Source: Novakomyces olei (lineage: Eukaryota). From it: DNA of 64,000 nucleotides. The stretch is from positions 1,550,001 to 1,614,000 of the forward strand of contig JADEYG010000003.1 of assembly GCA_016906335.1 (NCBI GenBank), given 5' to 3'. A model generated the notes under the pieces. The model saw only the letters and a program-made list of their open reading frames with translations, was not told the origin of the DNA and searched no databases. The position numbers and the translations under genes were made by a program. Below, piece after piece: positions 61,601 to 64,000 of the stretch. How positions within the stretch are numbered: the first letter of the stretch is position 1; each line of letters opens with the position of its first letter.

Positions 61601-64000
61601 TATTCAATTCAGATTGCAAAGGACTCAAACCTGTCTGTGAAGAATTAAACGACTCGGTTGACTTATTCAATGCAGAATGCAGCGGCCTCAATTCTGTCTG
61701 TGAAGAATTAAACGACTCAGTTGACCTATTCAATGCGGATTGCAAAGGACTCAAACCTGTCTGTGAAGAATTAAACGACTCAGTTGACTTATTCAATGCA
61801 GATTGCAGCGGCCTCAATCCTGTCTGTGAAGAATTAAAGGACTCGTGTGATTTATTCAATGCAGAATGCAGCGGACTCAACGCACTCGTGGATAAATTAA
61901 ACGACTTCTTAGACTGGCCGGCGAGTGATTCTGCAGAGCTTGACTTATTCAATGCAGATTGCAAAGGACTCAAAGCGCTCTGTGAAGAACTAAACGACTC
62001 GGTTGACCTATTCAATGCGGATTGCAAAGGACTCAAAGCGCTCTGTGAAGAATTAAACGACTCGGTTGACTTATTCAATGCAGAATGCAGCGGACTCAAC
62101 GCACTCGTAGATGAATTAAACGACTTCTTAGTCTGGTCGGCGAGTGTTGTAGCACGGCTTGACTTATTCAATGCAGAATGCAGCGGACTCAATCCTGTCT
62201 GTGAAGAATTAAACGACTCGGTTGACCTATTCAATGCAGAATGCAAAGGACTCAAAGCGCTCTGTGAAGAATTAAACGACTCGGTTGACCTATTCAATGC
62301 AGAATGCAGCGGACTCGATGCGCTCGTCGATGAATTAAACGACTCGGTTGACCTATTCAATGCAGAATGCAAAGGACTCAACGCACTCGTAGATGAATTA
62401 AACGACTTCTTAGACTGGTTGGCGAGTGTTGTAGCACCGCTTGACTTATTCAATGCGGATTGCAAAGGACTCAAAGCGCTCTGTAAAGAATTAAACGACT
62501 CGGTTGACTTATTCAATGCAGATTGCAGCGGGCTCAACGCACTCGTGGATGAATTAAACGATTTCTTAGACTGGCCGGCGAGTGATTCTGCAGAGCTTGA
62601 CTTATTCAATTCAGATTGCAAAGAACTCAAACCTGTCTGTGAAGAATTAAACGACTCAGTTGACTTATTCAATGCAGAATGCAGCGGCCTCAATCCTGTC
62701 TGTGAAGAATTAAACGACTCGGTTGATTTATTCAATGCAGAATGCAAAGGACTCAAAGCGCTCTGTGAAGAATTAAACGACTCGGTTGACATATTCAATG
62801 CAGAATGGAGCGGACTCGATGCGCTCGACGATGAATTAAACGACTCGGTTGACCTATTCAATGCAGATTGCAGCGGACTCAAACCTGTCTGTGAAGAATT
62901 AAAGGACTCGCGTGATTTATTCAATGCAGAATGCAGCGGACTCAACGCACTCGTGGATGAATTAAACGACTTCTTAGACTGGCCGGCGAGTGATTCTGCA
63001 GAGCTTGACTTATTCAATGCAGATTGCAAAGGACTCAAAGCGCTCTGTGAAGAACTAAACGACTCGGTTGACTTATTCAATGCGGATTGCAGCGGACTCA
63101 AACCTGTCTGTGAAGAATTAAAGGACTCGCGTGATTTATTCAATGCAGAATGCAGCGGACTCAACGCACTCGTGGATAAATTAAACGACTTCTTAGACTG
63201 GCCGGCGAGTGATTCTGCAGAGCTTGACTTATTCAATGCAGATTGCAAAGGACTCAAAGCGCTCTGTGAAGAACTAAACGACTCGGTTGACCTATTCAAT
63301 GCGGATTGCAAAGGACTCAATCCTGTCTGTGAAGAATTAAACGACTCAGTTGACTTATTCAATGCAGATTGCAACGGCCTCAATCCTGTCTGTGAAGAAT
63401 TAAAGGACTCGCGTGATTTATTCAATGCAGAATGCAGCGGACTCAACGCACTCGTGGATAAATTAAACGACTTCTTAGACTGGCCGGCGAGTGATTCTGC
63501 AGAGCTTGACTTATTCAATGCGGATTGCAAAGAACTCAAAGCACTCTGTGAAGAATTAAACGACTCGGTTGACTTATTCAATGCAGATTGCAGCGGGCTC
63601 AACGCACTCGTGGATGAATTAAACGACTTCTTAGACTGGTTGGCGAGTGTTGTAGCACGGCTTGACTTATTCAATGCGGATTGCAAAGGACTCAAAGCGC
63701 TCTGTAAAGAATTAAACGACTCGGTTGACTTATTCAATGCAGATTGCAGCGGGCTCAACGCACTCGTGGATGAATTAAACGATTTCTTAGACTGGCCGGC
63801 GAGTGATTCTGCAGAGCTTGACTTATTCAATTCAGATTGCAAAGAACTCAAACCTGTCTGTGAAGAATTAAACGACTCGGTTGACTTATTCAATGCAGAA
63901 TGCAGCGGCCTCAATTCTGTCTGTGAAGAATTAAACGACTCAGTTGACCTATTCAATGCGGATTCCAAAGGACTCAATCCTGTCTGTGAAGAATTAAACG
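55662..64000 (-). CDS. Giant (>2770 aa, 5'-truncated by window edge) intronless Ser-rich repeat protein with unknown C-terminal globular domain
   Basis: One uninterrupted ORF: 21/31-aa repeats (~58640-64000), unique S/K-rich linker, (S-x-T)n tract (~57085-58050), then ~470 aa of normal composition. Several repeat variants are synonymous on this strand but not on the opposite one. Confidence 0.8.
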   Translation of the reverse strand, partial: FNSSQTGLSPLESALNRSTESFNSSQTELRPLHSALNKSTESFNSSQTGLSSLQSELNKSSSAESLAGQSKKSFNSSTSALSPLQSALNKSTESFNSLQSALSPLQSALNKSSRATTLANQSKKSFNSSTSALSPLQSALNKSTESFNSSQSALSSLQSALNKSSSAESLAGQSKKSFNLSTSALSPLHSALNKSRESFNSSQTGLRPLQSALNKSTESFNSSQTGLSPLQSALNRSTESFSSSQSALSPLQSALNKSSSAESLAGQSKKSFNLSTSALSPLHSALNKSRESFNSSQTGLSPLQSALNKSTESFSSSQSALSPLQSALNKSSSAESLAGQSKKSFNSSTSALSPLHSALNKSRESFNSSQTGLSPLQSALNRSTESFNSSSSASSPLHSALNMSTESFNSSQSALSPLHSALNKSTESFNSSQTGLRPLHSALNKSTESFNSSQTGLSSLQSELNKSSSAESLAGQSKKSFNSSTSALSPLQSALNKSTESFNSLQSALSPLQSALNKSSGATTLANQSKKSFNSSTSALSPLHSALNRSTESFNSSTSASSPLHSALNRSTESFNSSQSALSPLHSALNRSTESFNSSQTGLSPLHSALNKSSRATTLADQTKKSFNSSTSALSPLHSALNKSTESFNSSQSALSPLQSALNRSTESFSSSQSALSPLQSALNKSSSAESLAGQSKKSFNLSTSALSPLHSALNKSHESFNSSQTGLRPLQSALNKSTESFNSSQTGLSPLQSALNRSTESFNSSQTELRPLHSALNKSTESFNSSQTGLSPLQSELNKSSSAESLANQSKKSFNSSTSALSPLQSALNKSTESFNSSQSALSSLQSALNKSSSAESLAGQSKKSFNLSTSALSPLHSALNKSRESFNSSQTGLRPLQSALNKSTESFNSSQTGLSPLQSALNRSTELFSSSQSALSPLQSALNKSSSAESLAGQSKKSFNSSTSALSPLHSALNKSRESFNSSQTGLRPLQSALNKSTESFNSSQTGLSPLQSALNRSTESFSSSQSALSPLQSALNKSSSAESLAGQSKKSFNSSTSALSPLHSALNKSRESFNSSQTGLSPLQSALNKSSRATTLADQSKKSFNSSTSALSPLHSALNKSRESFNSSQTGLSPLQSELNRSTESFNSSSSASSPLHSALNKSRESFNSSQTGLSPLQSELNRSTESFNSSSSASSPLHSALNRSTEWFNSSQSALSPLHSALNRSTESFNSSQSALSPLHSALNRSTESFSSSQTGLSPLHSALNKSSRATTLADQTKKSFNSSTSALSPLHSALNRSTESFNSSTSASSPLHSALNRSTESFNSSQSALSPLHSALNKSTESFNSLHSALSSLQSALNKSSRATTLADQSKKSFNSSTSALSPLHSALNRSTESFNSSTSASSPLHSALNRSTESFNSSQSALSPLHSALNRSSRATTLANQSKKSFNSSTSALSPLHSALNKSTESFISSQSALSPLHSALNRSTDSFSSSQTGLSPLHSALNKSSRATTLADQTKKSFISSQSALSPLHSALNRSTDSFSSSQTGLSPLHSALNRSTESFNSSQSALSPLHSALNRSTESFNSSQSALSPLHSALNRSTESFSSSQTGLSPLHSALNRSTESFSSSQTGLSPLHSALNKSSRATTLADQTKKSFNSSTSALSLLHSALNRSTESFNSSTSAMSPLHSALNKSTESFNSSQTGLSPLHSALNKSTESSSSSQSALRPLQSALNRSSLATTLADSSKNPFNLSTSGLSPMHSAWNKSIRATILSDQSQSLTVVYVSPLNESSVVYSSQRFSKVSSSALSKTPVATLSSSSRTKNNKPSQKKSKPMAKSTLVNPPSKSKSTFQFKVSSNRLLTMTYTDEKDLSKNISLATPSSMLSSESIYGSRKENRTTSSSAASTSLASRKDIDGSVNLTNEYSEKTTVQILSKNYGSEGSASLDSSIFYSAIFPEKDPKPKASSGTLGFSVFVASTFSTSKTSSNSSITSSTSMTSRTSMTSSTSMTSSTSRSSSTSRTSSSSKTSSTSKTSTSSVTSRTSSTSSTSMTSSTSMTSSTSKTSRTSMTSSTSMTSSTSRSSSTSSTSSTSMTSSTSKTSSTSMTSSTSMTSSTSKTSSSSVTSSTSSTSSTSKTSSTSMTSSTSKTSRTSMTSSTSMTSSTSRSSSTSRTSSSSKTSSSSVTSRTSSTSSTSMTSSTSRTSSTSMTSSTSKTSRTSMTSSTSMTSSTSRSSSTSRTSSSSKTSSSSVTSSTSSTSSTSMTSSSSRTSSTSMTSSTSKTSSTSKTSSTSSSSSSSSTSSTSFIFAPHTSSGRGRKSARSELTDPFYAPLQLSSEGHPWSTEICDLRMVSQPQQVLSSLLNTTTRERARGKLFCPKASSLLETRIVDKYPFVSTRFTDDFVDIKVNELVKKAQGYYCQSDPCFKHSESAASFIKDYEKTKGFLKPDSYYCEESAGHLVFRNPVLSFFVRFSRELFLEYLNGCQETSRWSVSEMIRINRLVHFDVRRIVTKANKILHKENYLVVIKIEYVYFHYWNDPSWFDEDYWNVSSRFKEASTDSLKFIHDGLLHYSGSWSNEEIDEYKPHQLKSFDIDDRKTLSITPFIEAQKACGLWEEEFPELKELFFEKFGTWLFNHILAFNEPGKDELWRKATKDSNLDANVCLHQVIVISNCNVFQLLLKLKPALRDYFISQTPVTELVTNVVLDTILAVNTLLADSGSRHFVQLMKLKVRTECSNRFYIREEYMDALSQPYVFLGLEDFVEFCLIKSTRYYNLL
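57085..58050 (-). repeat. 9-bp coding minisatellite encoding (S-[S/M/K/R/V]-T)n
   Basis: + strand gaagtactt/gaagtcata/gaagtctta units with higher-order blocks. Confidence 0.95.
58640..64000 (-). repeat. Coding megasatellite of 63-bp and 93-bp units
   Basis: Units SPL[HQ]SALN[RK]STESFNSSQ[TG/SA]L (21 aa) and SPL[HQ]SALNKS[SAES/RATT]LA[GND]QSKKSFNSSTSAL (31 aa), interleaved for >5.3 kb. Confidence 0.97.

Overview
Gene-dense eukaryotic window from an ascomycete fungus. Short GT-AG introns with CTAAC/CTAAT branch points close to the acceptor, Homol D/E-like promoter boxes and S. pombe-like bsu1/rdl1 genes suggest a Taphrinomycotina-type lineage (inference). About 21 protein-coding genes are supported, in order: 3' end of a Glo3-like ArfGAP, glycogenin, EFG1, SEA4/MIOS, an orphan, RPC11, RPL16, a degenerate RAD51D/Rdl1-like paralog, EFR3, TEF1, chitin synthase, HRQ1, TLG2, BBC1/MTI1 (with an apparent frameshift), VPS34, RTR1, DFG10, LSM2, PP2A A subunit, two divergent DHA1 MFS transporters and MSP1. 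The window ends inside a further giant (>2770 aa) intronless orphan gene built from Ser-rich 21/31-aa repeats, an (S-x-T)n tripeptide tract and an unrecognised ~470-aa globular C-terminal domain; this is the most novel-looking feature. Other notable signals: a ~480-bp fold-back/MITE-like element between the two MFS genes, TTAGGG-type boxes clustered at promoters with a strand bias, frequent AAG 3' splice sites, and pervasive micro/minisatellite expansion in introns, intergenic DNA and coding sequence. No tRNA, rRNA or CRISPR was recognised. Exon boundaries were read by eye; all gene names come from recalled family motifs, not database searches.
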